Position numbers and translations under genes: made by a program
Assembly (NCBI GenBank): GCA_965649765.1
Contig: OZ287752.1
Location: forward strand, 52,948,001 to 53,012,000
Length of the DNA stretch: 64,000 nt
Origin: Bispira polyomma
Lineage: Eukaryota
Reading direction: 5' to 3'
Notes under the pieces: generated by a model
What the model was told of the DNA's origin: nothing
What the model saw: the letters and a program-made list of their open reading frames with translations, nothing else
The model's database searches: none
Part shown: positions 35,701 through 50,864 of the stretch, one piece after another
How the letters are laid out: the number at the start of each line of letters is the position of its first letter
Numbering within the stretch: position 1 is the stretch's first letter

Positions 35701-38700
35701 CAAAATGGACTATAGAGTAACAGTTTTTAATTTCCATTGGAATGGTGGCCGTATACACCATATTCTCATAAAAAAACCCAACCCTTTGCAATGAAGCTTC
35801 TACATAAACATTATGGGTTTTTTATTTACCTTATAAATTTCTACTGTACCATTAAACATTTCTGAAAATTTGTTAAACCATTTTATATCTTTATAAAACA
35901 TAAGAGGTAATTTAAGAGCACCCCTTACTGGGGCTGATCTTAACACTTGAAGAATACGATTAATAAACATCCTAGCTGGACGTACACACCTATATATATA
36001 GCAATTTTCCTGTCAATTTCTGAAGCTGGTTTCTAGTTGCATGGGTTATATTTACCCAACTCAAACATAAGTCCTTTACTTGTTTCAATTTATCACTAGG
36101 GATGGTAAGGACACCCGATTTTGCATTTATATTGATGCCTAAACAGTTTATCTCATGAGCAGGAGGCTCTTGCTTTTTAATGTTAATAGGCAAACGTAGG
36201 TTGTCCAGGAGATTTTTAAGACTAATAAAATGAAATTAGGCTAAATGCGGGGGGCCTAGCCCCTATAAAATCGTCTAAATAATTGATGACCCAGACGTCA
36301 CGTTGACGCAACGTAGATGTCACAGCATCTTTACAAAGCTGGCAAGTCGCCGCCCCGTTCGAAATCCAAAGGGCAACCCAATATCAATATATCGTTGATT
36401 ATTTCAACGTAATCCTAACACTGGATTGATCCTTAAGTTCCTAAAAGTGCGTTGTAAATCTGTTTTAAACATCTGGACCCATAAGTTGAATTCTTCTAAC
36501 TACTTGATCAAGAGTAGAATATTTAAGGGTAAAAGGGATTCCATCATAATTATCAGGTGAAACACAACTATTAATGCCCGCTCCTATAGGCCAGGATAAA
36601 TCCACTATAACCCTTATTGCACTATCAGGTTTAGGACGAGCCATGGGTGGAGAATAATGAGTTTCCACGAAGGGGTCCTCTTCAAAGGGGCCTACCATGG
36701 CTTGATGATCAACTTCTGTTTTAAAATATTCCTCCACCCCTTTAGGCTGACATATTCCTGATTTATGATTTACCATTTCTTTATTAAACAAAGTTTTTAT
36801 AGTCAATATTAAGGGGAAACCCAAATTGTATGTATTCGCCTAGTATTTCCAAGTGATAACCAGTAAGCATAATTTATAATTAGGAACCTTATATTTATAA
36901 ACAGCTTTATGAATTTTATTTAACCAATTACATTTGGGTTTAAATTGAATATTACAAGCAGGGAGAACACATACAGGATTAGGCTTAGTATGAGCTAAGG
37001 ATTCAAAGTCCCTAGGTTCGACTACTATCTGCTGTGTTTCAGCTTTGCTGCTTTCCCCACCCTTGTATATTCGTTCATAATTATAATTATGCGCACAAGT
37101 TCTTTCTATGATATGACACTGACCTGTTACCTTACTAGTTTCGAGTACCTTTTTTCCTTAAGTATATCACTCCACTTGTCACTATGGGTATATGATCCAA
37201 CGGCACTGGTAGTAGATATATCCTTATACTGGGTTCGATCTAAGTATTGACCTTCAGTATCCATATAAGAACCATCACCATATTCGTGTATAATCATTCC
37301 ATTATACTTTTCAATATTATGTAAATGTATTAAGGGGAGAGGGTTATGACTTCCCCCTCACTGTAATAGCCCATTACATTACTACCAACGTTTGTGCCAC
37401 TGTTGCCACAACACGTGGACTTATATTTAAAATATTGTAAGAAACCGTAAGGGTAATTTGGGATAGAATTGAGAGAAATATCGCTTTCAGTACTGTTTTT
37501 ATAGGCTTGACATTTGGTAATAATATCGTCCATCCCAATCTGAATGGGAATGGCACAATTACTATTTTCAATGTGGTCTATAGAGGTAATATAATTAACA
37601 GACATTTCAATTTGTCCAACACTAGTACTATTCACCACACGAGTGTATAGCCCATAATGAGTATTTTTTGGTATAATCTTACTTTCTGTATTATTACTAA
37701 CTATACTGCCCTGATAACCTTCAAGGCCACCTTGAAATTTTTTACAATTAACATTGATGCACTCCCTACTATTGTTTGCAATTAACAGTTTGTTGATTAC
37801 CATTGTCTAAGGGTACATTACACCCACGTTCCAGTTTTATAACTCTAGATTTTTCTATTGTGACACGTGTTTCACCACATTCACTTTTAGTATGTAGCAC
37901 ATCAGCCGTGTTATGTGGAACACGTCAAATATCACTACTACTTACAAAAGGGGGGCTTTTGGATTTAACGTACTGAAACCATTATTCTGGTCACGTGTTT
38001 GCTCCCAAACTCCTACAATACCTATCATACCAGCCATATTATTTTGGCCTTTCTGAATATGGTTTTTACAGTTAAAAAGGGTTAGCTTTTGGGTTGAGAG
38101 CACTGATGACCATATTCTGATCAATATTTCTACTTTTATTACTGACCCTGTATTGAGTACCGTTTATGTTTAGGCGACCAGGGTATTTATTATAACCACT
38201 GGCTCCGTCACATTCTTTAGGTACTTGATTACTGCAATTGTTAAACTCGCTGTTCAGAGGCACCATCCTTTTTCTCATTCTTATGCCTTACACACTTACT
38301 GAAGGGATGTTCATACTTCTTGCCCTTAGTCTCCTTATAACAATAAGTACAATAATGCTCATAACGAGCTCCTTTGGTAACAAGTTCTTTCTCAAGCTTA
38401 CATATACCCTTATTGTACAAGACACACATTCTCGTTTTTAAAGTGTTAGTATTTCCACTATATCTCTGTTCGCTTGAACCATAGGTAACTTTTTGACTAT
38501 TTCTATCCCTAACCTTTTCTACTAACTCTATGTTTTGCCACGTAACCTTGCCCTTCTCCATTTCTTGGAGTACTGCGGCATGCGCCCGTTTTGCTACGTC
38601 TACCCCAAGCTCAACCGCATCTTGCATTAATCCCTAAAATTGTGTAAAATAGATTAAAATAAAAAGGTTCCGTGTCTAGCCAACAAAAATCCCTTCCAGA

Positions 38701-39057
38701 CAGATTTTTAACAGCACTCTGGCATTTATTTCTCACATCTGATTTGTACTAAGCAGAGGGGAGCTTATATAGACTAAAACACCCAGACGGCCATGCTTCC
38801 ATTAGACTAGCTAAGGGCTGTTTATGGCTTCATTTGCCATGATCAGCATTACTGACAGATACCCTATCGCCTAGAAGTTGACCTTGTGGTGGCCTGACTG
38901 TTTAATTCATAACTATTGTGCCCTTCAAGAAGTGCCATAGCTGACTACACATGTTGCCCATATATGTTTCCTGAAAGACACCTAGGCCAAGCAAAAGAAT
39001 TGTTACTTTAACCCTTTGACTGACTAGGTGTGCTAATGTCTTATGCATCACTCTTCA
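32729..39057 (-). mobile_element. Ngaro-type YR retrotransposon 2 (degenerate, gag 5' part deleted)
   Basis: A1 38705-39057; gag remnant 38241-38627; RT/RH ~35358-37800; YR ~34280-35193; B1 33845-34265; A2 33222-33573; B2 32729-33152. Confidence 0.9.
33586..33843 (-). mobile_element. tRNA-derived SINE inserted at the B1/A2 junction of Ngaro-2
   Basis: A box TGGCCTAGTGG, B-box-like GTTTGAATC, tail gtggacgttaaatatcc(aaattc)n; TSD ACAGTCCAACGGG at 33573-33585 and 33844-33856. Confidence 0.9.
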
Positions 39058-39210
39058 GACGTCTGTGCGACAACCCAGGCGAACAATGACCCTACATAGG
39101 TAGTCAGACTGACACTTTTTGTTTTCCCCCTCTTGTATTTCCTGGTGGGTATCACCTTGTCCAGGTCGGATTTGGTTACTCCTTCTCTTTCTTCTTCCCT
39201 CCTCTCTGCT

Positions 39211-39466
39211 GGGGCCGCGGTGGCCCAGTGGTTAGCAAGCATTGTGCTTCACAATCACTGGTCTCTCACCTCTGGGCGGCCTCAGTTCAAATCTCGCCAA
39301 TGCCTATGTGGGAAAGGTGGTAGTTCCTTACTGTGGGCCGCTGGTTTCTCTGCAGAACCTTGACCGACTGTATGCAGTGTTTTCTCCAGCGTTTCCAACT
39401 GCCCGTCCTAATATAACCTACTAAAAGGTACTAGAGTGGACGTTAAATATCCAAATTCAAATTCAA
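39211..39466 (+). mobile_element. tRNA-derived SINE, same family, inside the Harbinger-2 MADF gene
   Basis: A box TGGCCCAGTGG, B box GTTCAAATC; 14-bp TSD CCCTCCTCTCTGCT at 39197-39210 and 39467-39480. Confidence 0.9.
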
Positions 39467-42400
39467 CCCTCCTCTCTGCTTCTTCTTCCCTCCCCACTAG
39501 TGGTTGTGTTTCCTGGCCCCCTTGTGGAACCTCCTCTTCCTCTCCCTCCTCCTGAAGTGAAACATAAAAACCTGGCCTTTGCCTTACCAACAGGTGGGGC
39601 TATCCTCCTCTTCCTGCCTTTGTTTTTCCTAATATTAATAATATTTTCTCGAGTCTCAAAAAAAACAAAGTCTTGAAAATCTATCTATAAATCTAATATT
39701 TGTGAAAAAAAATGCCAGCACTTATGTAGACTCATGAAAATGTGAAGATCGAATGAGGTAAAAGTGGGCAGGGTACCCCTATTTATACCCATCAGACATA
39801 AACACCCTGATTGCTTGGATTACTTGGGGCCCACCTCTACTAATCTTCATTGGCCCTGGCTAATCTTTACAATTGGGGTGTCATCGGGGTGCCACCCGGA
39901 GTAATCCTAACAATTGGGGAGGCCACCCCGGTTAATCTTTACAATCGCGGTGGACAATTTGGGTGTCAGGATGTTTAATCGGGAAAACACCCCCAATTAG
40001 TCAGGGTCCATGAGGATTGTGCTTTGATATTTTTGGGGGGACGGGGAGAAATACACCCTGAGTACTTTTGGTGACAACAACATTAACTGGGATAGCATTA
40101 GGAGTACTCGGGGTGACTCCTGATTTACCGGGTGCAGAGGGGGGTAAAATCTCCAATTGGAGGATTTTCTGAACATGTTCAGAAACTTCACGATTATGTT
40201 CTTTGGTCCACGGATAACCCGGATTACGACACTGACTTTACAGATCAGTCAATGATTACTCTGGATAGCTACGGGATAGCTACAGGATTACACCCGGGGT
40301 GCCTAAAATTGGGCTGCTTTCGGTTGGAGGGTCCTTATATGGCCCCAACATTGCTTCTCAATCACACTCATCTTTCACATTAGCCGTATTGTATTGTTGT
40401 TTGTCTGAGCTGTGCCCCCAGCGCCTACAAACGACTTTAAGCTCATTGTTTCGCTCCATGCTGAGGCCAAGTTTTTTACCCTTGTCCCTTTTAATATGGT
40501 TTTTGTGCCTTTTGTTTTGGACAATATTTTCGCCTTTCACAAACCACACATATTTAAACTTTGGCTATTTTCTCAGTTATCAAAGGCTAGAAGTGAAGTG
40601 TGGAGGTCAGATTTCAAAAGGTCAAATTTTTGATAGTTAGTGATGAGTGAAATACAAGATACCGGTTGGAGTTTTATTTTGTACAATGTTAGTGTATGTA
40701 CAATGTTGAAGCTATATGTAAGCAGTATTTTAAAATTTTAGAAGTGAGTTTGAATTTTTAAAATGAACCCAAACCCAAACTAAATGGAAGAGGGTATTAT
40801 AAAAGCAGATATGGCTGGAATAATTGAGGTAGCTTGGGAGGTGGACTGTACGTAAGACCACACAGCAGAGCATGGACCCTGATATTTTGTAATGAGATGT
40901 TGTTGTTGAATGCCAAGGTGGCACCAGACCTTCTGAATGTATGGAAGCCATGGAATGAAGGATCTATCCCAATGTGCTGAAGAATTTTTCTAATAGCAGT
41001 CCTGATGCGAGAGTGCACAACTGGTGGATGGGGATGTATTGAAGTAACAAATAGGACTTGTGAAGAGTTAAGTATTGCCTGCTTTGGTGGTTGAGGGGAA
41101 TAGATTCGCGACAAAGCATCAGCAAGTATATTCTCCTTTCCCTTGATGTGCTTGATGTGCAGTGTAATGTCATTTATTGAATTGAGAAGCCAGATGTTTC
41201 TGATACATGCAGCTAGGAAAGTGTCTTTTGTCTTACCGGTCTGGACTACCAAGACCACTGCCATATTGTCACAATGAATTGTGATTTGTTGGTGTGTCCA
41301 GTTTTTTCCCCATACCCTTAAGACAATGACAATATTTAGCATTTCAAGCAGAGTAATATGTAATGGTTGCCCGTAGATGTTTTATATTGGTTTGTGGTAA
41401 ATCTCTGTACCACAGATTGCCCCAATACCTGTTAAGCAGGCATCGAGGTGCAATTCTTCGTTTAACTGGATAAAACTAGGGTTATGTATGTTATTCCTTT
41501 GTATTTGTATAAGAAGTTAATGAACCAGTATAGGTCATGTTTAATATTGTCTGTGATTTTGAATTTTTTAGCACCTGGAGATGCCCTAAACACAGCAAGA
41601 AGTCTGTTTATGAAGCATCTGGCAGGCTTCACACATCTGTGTATGTAAAGAAGCCTGCCAAGTGAAGACTGGAATCTGGAACGGGAAAGCCAAGATTTTT
41701 GTCACGCTTCCTTACACACTAGGTGTATTTGTTCAATTTTTCTAGTGATACTAATAGTGTTAGTTGTAATATCAATGCCTAAATCTGTCATACAGTTTGC
41801 TGGTGGGAAAACTTTGTCTGGGTTCATTGGAAGGCCTAAGTCATCCATTAGATCGCATAGTATGGAAAACCTTCGTCTGCTTTATCATCTATAGCTATAC
41901 AAATGTAGTTGTCGATACAGCAATGCAGTTCAAAACCTTGCTTACTCATATAGTCTGCCCAGCTAAACACCACGGTAGCGTCTACATAGTAAACATCGTT
42001 CCATTTTATTCCAAACTTAACTGCGTTGACAGGGTCGACACGCAAATTCCTAAAGGCGCGGGCGACGACAACCTTGAATATGGTTGGATAAAGTGTGTCA
42101 CAAATGGCATGAGTTACATTGTCAATGTTAGGAAATTTTAAGGAAAAAGCAGTGCTATCGAATGAGTCATCAACTTGGTCATTAACAGAGATCCCTGGTG
42201 TGTGGAAACGATTTAAGATTACTCGCCTCTTATCTGTGTCCCTGGGTCCGGTAAGTAGGGGTGAGCAGTGAAAATGTTTGTCTGCTATACTGGCAACTGG
42301 ACCTAGTATAGCACCCCTTGGTTTCTCTTTAGTTAAGTAAGCTAGTACTGCCTAATCAAATTGAATAGCTGCTGTTTGATTAGAAATGTTTGTATTGTGC

Positions 42401-43813
42401 AACATGTTTGGGTCCTTAAGTGACAATGGGAATCCAAACTTAAGGTATTGGTCAATGAGCTTATCTAGGTGATCCTGTGTGATATTCTCCCAGGCAGCAA
42501 TGTTGAAATCAGATTTGATTGGCTTGCGTGCCTGTTGGTAGTTTGGGACACCTGTATTTTCTAATAATGTCTGAGATTTCACACAGATTTGATGTGGACC
42601 GAATCCTTGTCAGGACCCACAAATTCAAACTTAGTTTCAGAAAGTTTAATAAAACCTGTGGACTTGTTATGATCATAAAAATCCTTAACCTGGTGATTTA
42701 TAGAAGAAGGTTGTAAGATAATTGGCAAGTCGCTTGACTTGTTCATTATCTCAAAGGCGGAGCGGTGACTGATACTAGCTTTAGACATTGTTTCATTGAT
42801 AATATTGGTGTTGTCAATATTATCTGTATACATGTCATTTGATTGATTATCAATCATCAACTTGTAAATTATATTACAGATGTGGTGGGTATAGTCACAT
42901 CCGTTAGTACTGAAGCAAGCCGTGTCTTTACTATGATAATACCAGGCCAAATTGGCTTCCTCTAACTGATCAGTATTGTAACCGCCAGTATTATTTGTGT
43001 TCATATTTATCAGAATACAAGAATTATAAGTGTGCATCACACTGATTGGACAAGTGGACATTTGCCTCACACTTTAGTAAGTGATAGTATTAGTTTCGCT
43101 ATCCCAGAATTCATAGTAAAAGTCCGACATAGCTTCACATACTTTAATGTACAAATGTACTATAGGATATTAGTAACAGTAACAGTATTAGCCAAGTTAC
43201 TCAGTTGATTTAAGACTGAAACTCTACAGATACAAGAAAGATTAGGAACCTGTATGGATGCATTATTGCCCGTATACTCAAGGTATGCTTTTTCAGCCCC
43301 TTCAATAACGTCCTCTATCCCCGTGTCAAGTGTTTTCTCAGAATTGACCAAAATAGTATCTGCAGTATTAGAATTAACGTCAGTACTACCATTGGCCATG
43401 TTGCCAATGTATCAACCGCTGATTGATAACATCAGCTTTTTCCACTTTATAGTGGGAATCAACCTGCAGCAATTCCTGAAATGCATTATGTACAATATTA
43501 TGTCTACTGTCTATGGTGATCTCAATATCACTGGTATAATTATTTACTAAATCAATTAATTTGAGTTCAGAATTACTAATTTCAGAAGCACCAACAGTGC
43601 TATTGTCTCTACTAAATTTATAATTTTTCCTGATACTACAAACTTTAATCTTAGAGTCTACGTCCAAGTATAGCAGTGGTCTAAGCAGCTGACCAACTTC
43701 CTAGCTACTGGTTTTGGAGCTGTTCGCCTTCAGTCATTTAAATTCAGGGTGGTTATTTTCTTTGTTCAAATGTATGAAACAGTGGGAACAGATGTGTCGA
43801 TATTGGCTGTGAT

Positions 43814-46800
43814 CAGACTTGGGGCGAATACATGTGAAAAGTATTCGAATACGAATACTTTCTAATTTTACGAATGCAAATATGAATACACTGATTTTGA
43901 AAGTATTCCAATACGAATATGTATACATTTGCAATGTATTCATGAATGCATTCATGAATACTTTAACTTCAAACAAGGTTTAATTTTCTCTATTTTAAAT
44001 TTTAAGTATAGTACTATTGAAGTAAAATTAATGTCTTCAAAACATTTATTCCAAATAACCATTGACATTAATTTGCATTTAGTTTAACACTAAAAACAAT
44101 AATTGACTGTGTGTGTAGTACAAAAAGCCTTATATCTAAATTGTAATTAATAAACTGGTGGGTTAAACCTATTGAAGGCCTATTGATAAAACAAAGGCTT
44201 TTGATAAATTTAGAACTTTTTTGTTTTCTGCATTAAGTAATACATGTTATCATGATTCTGCTTTTCTTATACTTTAAACTGCACAAAAAAAATAGATAAA
44301 ACAATAATAAAAAGTATCACTTTGCATAATCCTGATTATTAATGATAACTTGTATTTAATAGTTATTTATTATTTAATACACAAAGTCTTTTCTTTAGAA
44401 GAGGTGAAGTAAATACTATATTTTAGCACAGGATTATTATTGAATAGTTTTCTCTAAATATGGTAAATATTGCTCCTCACTGCATTAATAAACATTAAGG
44501 CATCATATACAGAAAATAGTGACACAAGCCATACAGATGATTAATTAGAGGCCCTTTCATTTAGTGGGCTGCCACCTATTGTTTATGTACTCTTTATACT
44601 CTTTGTTATACACACTAGTTAATCCTTTTATTTACTAGACAAATTTGCTTTGGGTTGGATAATGACATGGTGATGATTTGATTTTAACCAAGAAATAAGA
44701 TATTTTTTAATATTTTTAACATGAAATTTTCACTACTTCATTGTTAGATTCACAACATTATTTACCAGATTACACTTGGCTGTTTTTATTTTATTTCTTT
44801 AAAAAAAGTGAAAATGTATTATTTAAAGTATTCATGAATATGAATACATTTGCAATGTATTCGAAAACGAATATGAATACTTTGCCAAAAATAAAATGTA
44901 TTGGATTACTAATACGAATGCTTCATAAAATCTATTCGAATGCATTCAAATACAAATGCAGAATACGAACAGTCCACTTGATAGTTGAGATAAAAGATTG
45001 ACCAACATATATAGTAAGTGAATGAAATTGTCCATGGAGTAAGTTATTTTTTTAAAGATCAGTAATGAGATTTCTGTTTGAGCATTTTATTTTTTATATA
45101 CATGTTAGTATATATATACAGGTTAACAATTTGTAAAATGAATGTTTAAAATTTTATAAATTTTTAAGCCCCAATAGGGAACAACACAAACAGACTTAGT
45201 CCGCAAACAATATAACAATAAAGGACTAGCCAATTAATAGTGTATAGGACTAGCCTGTACAAATAACATATAAAATATCACATTTAAAAAGTACGTTTTA
45301 CTCTTCATAGTTTTAAACCTCGATAAGTGGATATATATGAAACTCTAAAATGCTTGGACGAATAATTTTGTCATAAATGGTCATTTTTTAATCACATTAA
45401 GTACATACATCACCGTCGTAAACTAAACATAAACCATGTTTCTAAACATGCTAATATAAATGTGCACATAACTTGCACCCGTTATATTTCCTATCCATTT
45501 AAACTGGACTAATAATTTTGTAAATAAGCCCAAACTGAGGAAGATCTCCATAAGCCATGTGACATTATGTTCTGTAAAGATACGTTATGGTTAAAGGCAA
45601 AGGTTGCACCAGACCTTCTAAATGTGTGAAAACCATGTGTTGAGTATTGAATACCTATATGTGTTAAGACTTTCTCAAGTGCAGTTCGCACATGTGTTTC
45701 CACTACAGTTTGGAATGGACTTAAGTTTACTGCAAACAGTGGTGCAGTAGGAGGTAAAGGTCTAGAAGCTAATAAGTTCCTCAACGCCAGAACAGGACAA
45801 ATAGCCTTGTTCTGCAGCTGTGGAATCTGTATAATATGTGTGTCTGTTCTGTTCTGTAGATTTTTGGCCCACTTCAGAATGATGTGGGCCCCTGGGTGTC
45901 CAAAAATAATGTCTCGTCTGAGAAAATGTCTGGTATTATCAAATGAAGCCCTAGAATGTGGGGCAATCTTTGAAAGCCTAAGAAAAGCAAAATAAGCCAC
46001 TAGAAATATAGCCCTATATAATATGGGATCATGTAAAATGTCACAAGCCCTAGCAATACCAGTCAACTGTGAAATATCAAATAAGCCCTTATGTTTAGGC
46101 CAAAATGTAGAGTTTATCGTGATACTTCTGATAAATAATGCCACAGCGTTGTGGGTGAAGGGTGCCAAATCCCAATTTAGCTTTCTGGCCATGAATTTCA
46201 ATGATGATAAATAATTAGCTATTACAGCTGGAGAAGTGTTGTTCTGAGTAAGATATTCTAAAAATGCCAACACTGAATGAACCGAAATTTGAGTGATACC
46301 TGTAAACTGATTGAATGCCAGGAATGCCTTAAACTGATTATTATAGCTAGCAGTTGTCTTTGGTCTTAGAGCTGTATCTATTCTACTGCATGCTGAATTG
46401 ATGAAGTGTTGGCTGGAAGGAGTGGAACCTGAAATTATATTGATAAGTTAAGATCCAAATGTGTGAAAGGCACCACTTCCCAGTTAAAATTGTTGTATAA
46501 ATCATACAATGTTTGTTTGTTGGGTGGTGTTTCACAGTATATTCTGGATAATGCATCAGCTGTAACATTAAGTTTCCCTGGAATATGTTTAATATTAATA
46601 GTGATATCATGTGTTGCAGTTATTAGCCAAATATTCCTTAAACAAAGGGCCAGAAAGTCATCTTTAGTTTTTTGATTCTCGACAACCAGTACAATGGCCA
46701 TGTTGTCACAGTGAACAATTAGTCTACTGTGAGCCCATTTTTCCCCCCAAATTTTTAAGGCAATAACTATATTGAGCATCTCAAGATGCACGATGGTAAG

Positions 46801-49800
46801 TTCCTTAGCATATACATTGTAATATAGAGTTGCTTATACCTGCTTATTCCAAACACCTCCCAAGCCTGATAAGCAGGCGTCCAGATGTAAATTTGTATCA
46901 CTTAAACTTTTTTTTGGATCAATGTAAGTAATTCCATTGTATTGAGGTAAAAATTTCTAAACCAAGCCAAGTCTGCTTGCATTTCTTGAGTAACGTCAAA
47001 TTTGTTTGTAAATTGGTTATGTCTGAATGTGAATAGAAGTCTATTTATAAAAGAACGTGCAGAACGTACACATTTCTGGATGTAGAGTAGTTTGCCTAAC
47101 AAAGATTGAAATTTTGTACGTGAAATGTGGCACTTATTAGACACGTCCTTAACTGTTTCTAAAATTTCTTTTATTTTTTCAGGTTGTATGCTAATTGTTC
47201 CTGCTACTATGTGAAAATCTATACCTAAGCATGTAAGTCTTGTAGTAGGAGGGGTAAATTTGTCAGCATTCATGGGAAAACCTAATTTTTCCAATAACTT
47301 ACTCAAAATGTTGAAGCCTTTTTCTGCTTCTCGCTTACTGCAGATGCAAATGTAGTCATCGATATAACAGAATAGATTGTAACCGTGTTTCTTCATATGT
47401 GATGCAATTGCGTCCGAACACCGCTGAAAAGAGGCGCTTCCGTGTATCCAGCCGAACGCTATCGCAGGGTCCACATATTGGCCTTCAGCGAATTCAATTT
47501 TAAGGCATCTACTGGATCAACTCTGAGATTACGGAACGTTCAGGCCACGTCAATTTTGAATAATACTGGATCTATTGTATTACGAATTGCTTCTGTTATA
47601 TCATCAATTGTGAGAAATTTCAGTAAAAACTTGACCCCATTGAATTGCGTTCTGTCAACATTTTCATTTACAGAGCTGCCCTGAGGGTAAGATAGGTTAA
47701 GTATTACTCTGCGTTTGTCTGTGTCCTTTGGTCTAGTGAGAAGAGGGGAGCAGTGGTAGTGTGGCGAATTAACCTTTGCTACTGGGCCCAACACGGCGCC
47801 CTTTGACTTTTCTTTGGCCAGATATTCCCCAACTTCCTTAGAAAATTGTAAAGCAGAGTAGTGATTTATGATTTGGCATTCCTTAGTTGTGAAGGGTCAG
47901 TAAGTGATAATGGGAAACCAAATTTAATATATTGTAAGAGTAGCTGGTCTGGATAATCTACCAACATTTCTTCCCATGCTTTGTGGTGTAAGCTTGAGAT
48001 AAGTGGAATTCTTGCCTGCTTATAGTTAAGGAATCCTGTGCCTAATCCTGTGCCTAATTACAGCAGCAATTTCCAACATTTTCTCAATTGAGTCAATTTC
48101 CCTAGGTTCTTGTTCAGGGCCTGTAAATTCAAAGTTTGTTGGAGATAGTGCTGTGAAACCTACTTTCTTATCCCTTATGTTAATATCCTTAATTTGCTTG
48201 TTACTGATGATATCAGTAGGGTCAAGTACACTAGTTTTGAAGAAGAAATCACGGATTGGACATGTGTATATTTTATCACTAGGCACTCTGTTCAGAGTCT
48301 GTTGCCTATCCATGTTACTTACTGTTTCACTGGTTGTATCACCCCATAAAGCCTCAGCTTTGTTGGAGTCTGCAGCTTCAACATTACACATTTTTTCAAT
48401 AATATTTTCCACATATGTTGTATAATCATAACCATGACTTTTATAACACATAATATCTCTATTATAAAAATAGTGATCATTCCTTGCCTGTTGTCTTTCC
48501 TCGGTATCTGCCTGGTTGGCCTCTGCCCAATGGGCTATACTACTGCTTTTTGTGGGTGCATAAATGACTGTGTTAAACACATCAATAATAGTTATTGTTA
48601 GTAACTCACTGTTAATCTGATTCTGTAAAGATTCATGCAGATCTTCACCTTGGAGCACAACATGGCTCAGAAAGTGACCATTCTTAAGCAAGTTTAAGAG
48701 AGATTACATTGTCTACCTGGTATTCATCTTGTACCTGATGGAAACCCTGCAAAATGTCGTTGTGACTGGTCTGAAATTCAAATTCAGAAGAAATATTAGA
48801 AACAGATTTTTGGCTGCTGCCTGTTATAACAGGGACGTTCACATCGTTATCAGTTACTTCTAAAGGCACATTCCTGTAACAAGATGAAATAACATTGTTG
48901 ACTACATTATGACTAACATTATTTACATTGTGATATAGATAATCATTTTTAAATGTTTTTCCATACATATTATTTGCATTACACATCATGTTAGAATGAC
49001 TATTAACATTACTTTCCACTATCTTAGCCTCACATATTGTTTCTATTCTGCTATTACATTCAGTTCTAATTGTTCGTTTAACTGGTTGTTGAAAAATATC
49101 CTAGCTAGTTTTACTTTGGTTTGATTGACTATCTAGCTGCTTACTATTTGCTCTATAACATTTAAATTCCGGATGATTGGAATCTTTCCCTAAAGTACGG
49201 CTACAATGCCAACAGACATGCCTGTAATTACTGTGATCTGTATTATGACTACATTTTCCATTGTTATAAAGTTTACAGATCATTTTTGTTTCACTATTGC
49301 TTGTTATACTGCTAGAAGAAGCACCATTCAGCATGGCCATCTGAGAAGCACTTAATCTATTAAGTTCCCACTGGGTGTCGTTCGCCCAAGAGAGCCTGCC
49401 TTCCTCCACCTCGTGCATACTAACTGCCTATGCTGTTCTCACGACATGCCAGGGGAGAGACGAAGCGTCCTGAAGTGCTGCAATTACCTGCCTAATCATG
49501 TCACTCATCTCATTAGGATCTGCAATAAGGAGAGAGTTCGCTAGCTGCCCTGCAGCCCACTGGGCCATCGAGAGGTAGTCGAATGCAGGTTTCTTCTTGG
49601 CTGATCCGCCTACCCAGCCCTCATTGGGCCAGCGTAATCTAGAGTCTACTGTTTTCACATCTGTGCTATTAAATCTACCTGACTTATGCTTAAGTGACGG
49701 CTTACCTTGAGATAAATCTCTGTTAGCCATGGCCGTGTACTGAGCCAACTGTCTAGATACTTCTGCCTGGACGTGTGGCAACAAATGAAGTGTGTCTACA

Positions 49801-50864
49801 CTCGGCACGATTCCATCCTGGTGGAAATCAGTCCCTGTGGGAGCAGGTTGTGTAGTGGTCAACATCTCATGTGGAACGTTCTACATGTAAGTGGGTGGAA
49901 GGCCCGTGACAGGTACCGACGAAACGTGAGTAGCCGACCCACTGGCTGCTTGTGGAAACGCGCCCAAGTTGTGCTGTGTAGCTGTAGGTTGAGTACCCAC
50001 GGGTGGTAGTTGAGTAATGGGCGTGACCTGGCCAAAGAGGCCGAGGGTAGCCGAAGACGCCCCTGTTGGATGGGTCGTGAGCAGCGAAGCCGTCGTCGGA
50101 ATCTGGGGGATCATCAACCCGTGAGATGTGCCCAATACTGGTGGTAAAACTGACGTTGTCGCGTTCACCACAGATGTCTGCTCGACTTTTGACAGTCGTT
50201 TTGAGAGCTCTGCGTTAGAAGATTCTAATCTTAGCAAAATTGCCATCATTTCAGACGACTTGTCGGGTGACTGTGAACTCGGCCTAAGTAAATGGCCCTT
50301 TTGTGACATAATCGGGGATGCCTCACTCTGTACTTGCTGGTATACTAGATCAGTATCTGCCGAGTCGTGGGCACTAGATGAACCCCCTACCTCTACTAAC
50401 TGACTGTTAAGGTTCATTATTATAGAATCTGATACCTGTCCTTTTTTACCACGTTTAGTTGACAAAGGCTTTTTCATTGACTTCTTTGCAGTACTCTGTG
50501 TGGGCGTTTTCTTCGTCCTTCCCATATTTCACAATATAAAATACACGACTAGCAACAGTATAAAAAGTATGTAAACTAAAACAAAATAAAATAAAATCTA
50601 TCACAGCTCGTTTAAACACGGTTTAAGAAAAAAAATTTCCACTTGTTGTCTCGTTGAAATCGAAGTTTAAAATAGCCAATTCAATATGGAGTTTGAAAAG
50701 TGAAGCTTAAGCTGCAAGTGTGTGGGCTATGATTGGCTAGAGGTTGGTACACAATTTTTGGGTATACGCCTAAAGCTAAATTTAAGGTAATGAAGTATAT
50801 AATGTTTAAGGTGGACTGAACTAACAGTCCCCTAAAGGGGCCTGTTGAGCATACCCCATGCCTG
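43814..50864. mobile_element. hAT-type MITE (43814-44969 plus 50852-50864) split by Ngaro-5
   Basis: TIRs CAGACTTGGGG / CCCCATGCCTG; 8-bp TSD GCTGTGAT at 43806-43813 and 50865-50872; gaatac/gtattc subterminal repeats. Confidence 0.85.
44970..50851 (-). mobile_element. Ngaro-type YR retrotransposon 5 (B1-A2 deleted)
   Basis: gag 50525-49101; pol 49019-46435 with frameshifts (YIDD); YR 46428-45509 (HTFRRSGA, GLW, AYL); B2 starts cagt at 44970. Confidence 0.9.

Larger units (their letters stand above)
32263..39099 (-). mobile_element. 5'-truncated L2 (32263-32728 plus 39058-39099) with (TAA)n tail, split by Ngaro-2
   Basis: Joining 39058 to 32728 restores LCRVIVRLGCRTDVTPYLKKLHWLPIKSRILFKI. 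Confidence 0.85.
30490..40334. mobile_element. Harbinger copy 2, interrupted by L2, Ngaro-2 and a SINE
   Basis: Nuclease 30490-31041 (+); MADF gene (-) at 31630-32262 continues at 39100-39640 (KSVSLTT|LEEKALVDWL); candidate terminus ggaccctccaaccg (minus) with tta at 40335. Confidence 0.8.

Noticed and set aside
39211-39300. tRNA gene
   Set aside because: The A and B boxes belong to a SINE with tail and TSD; no complete cloverleaf
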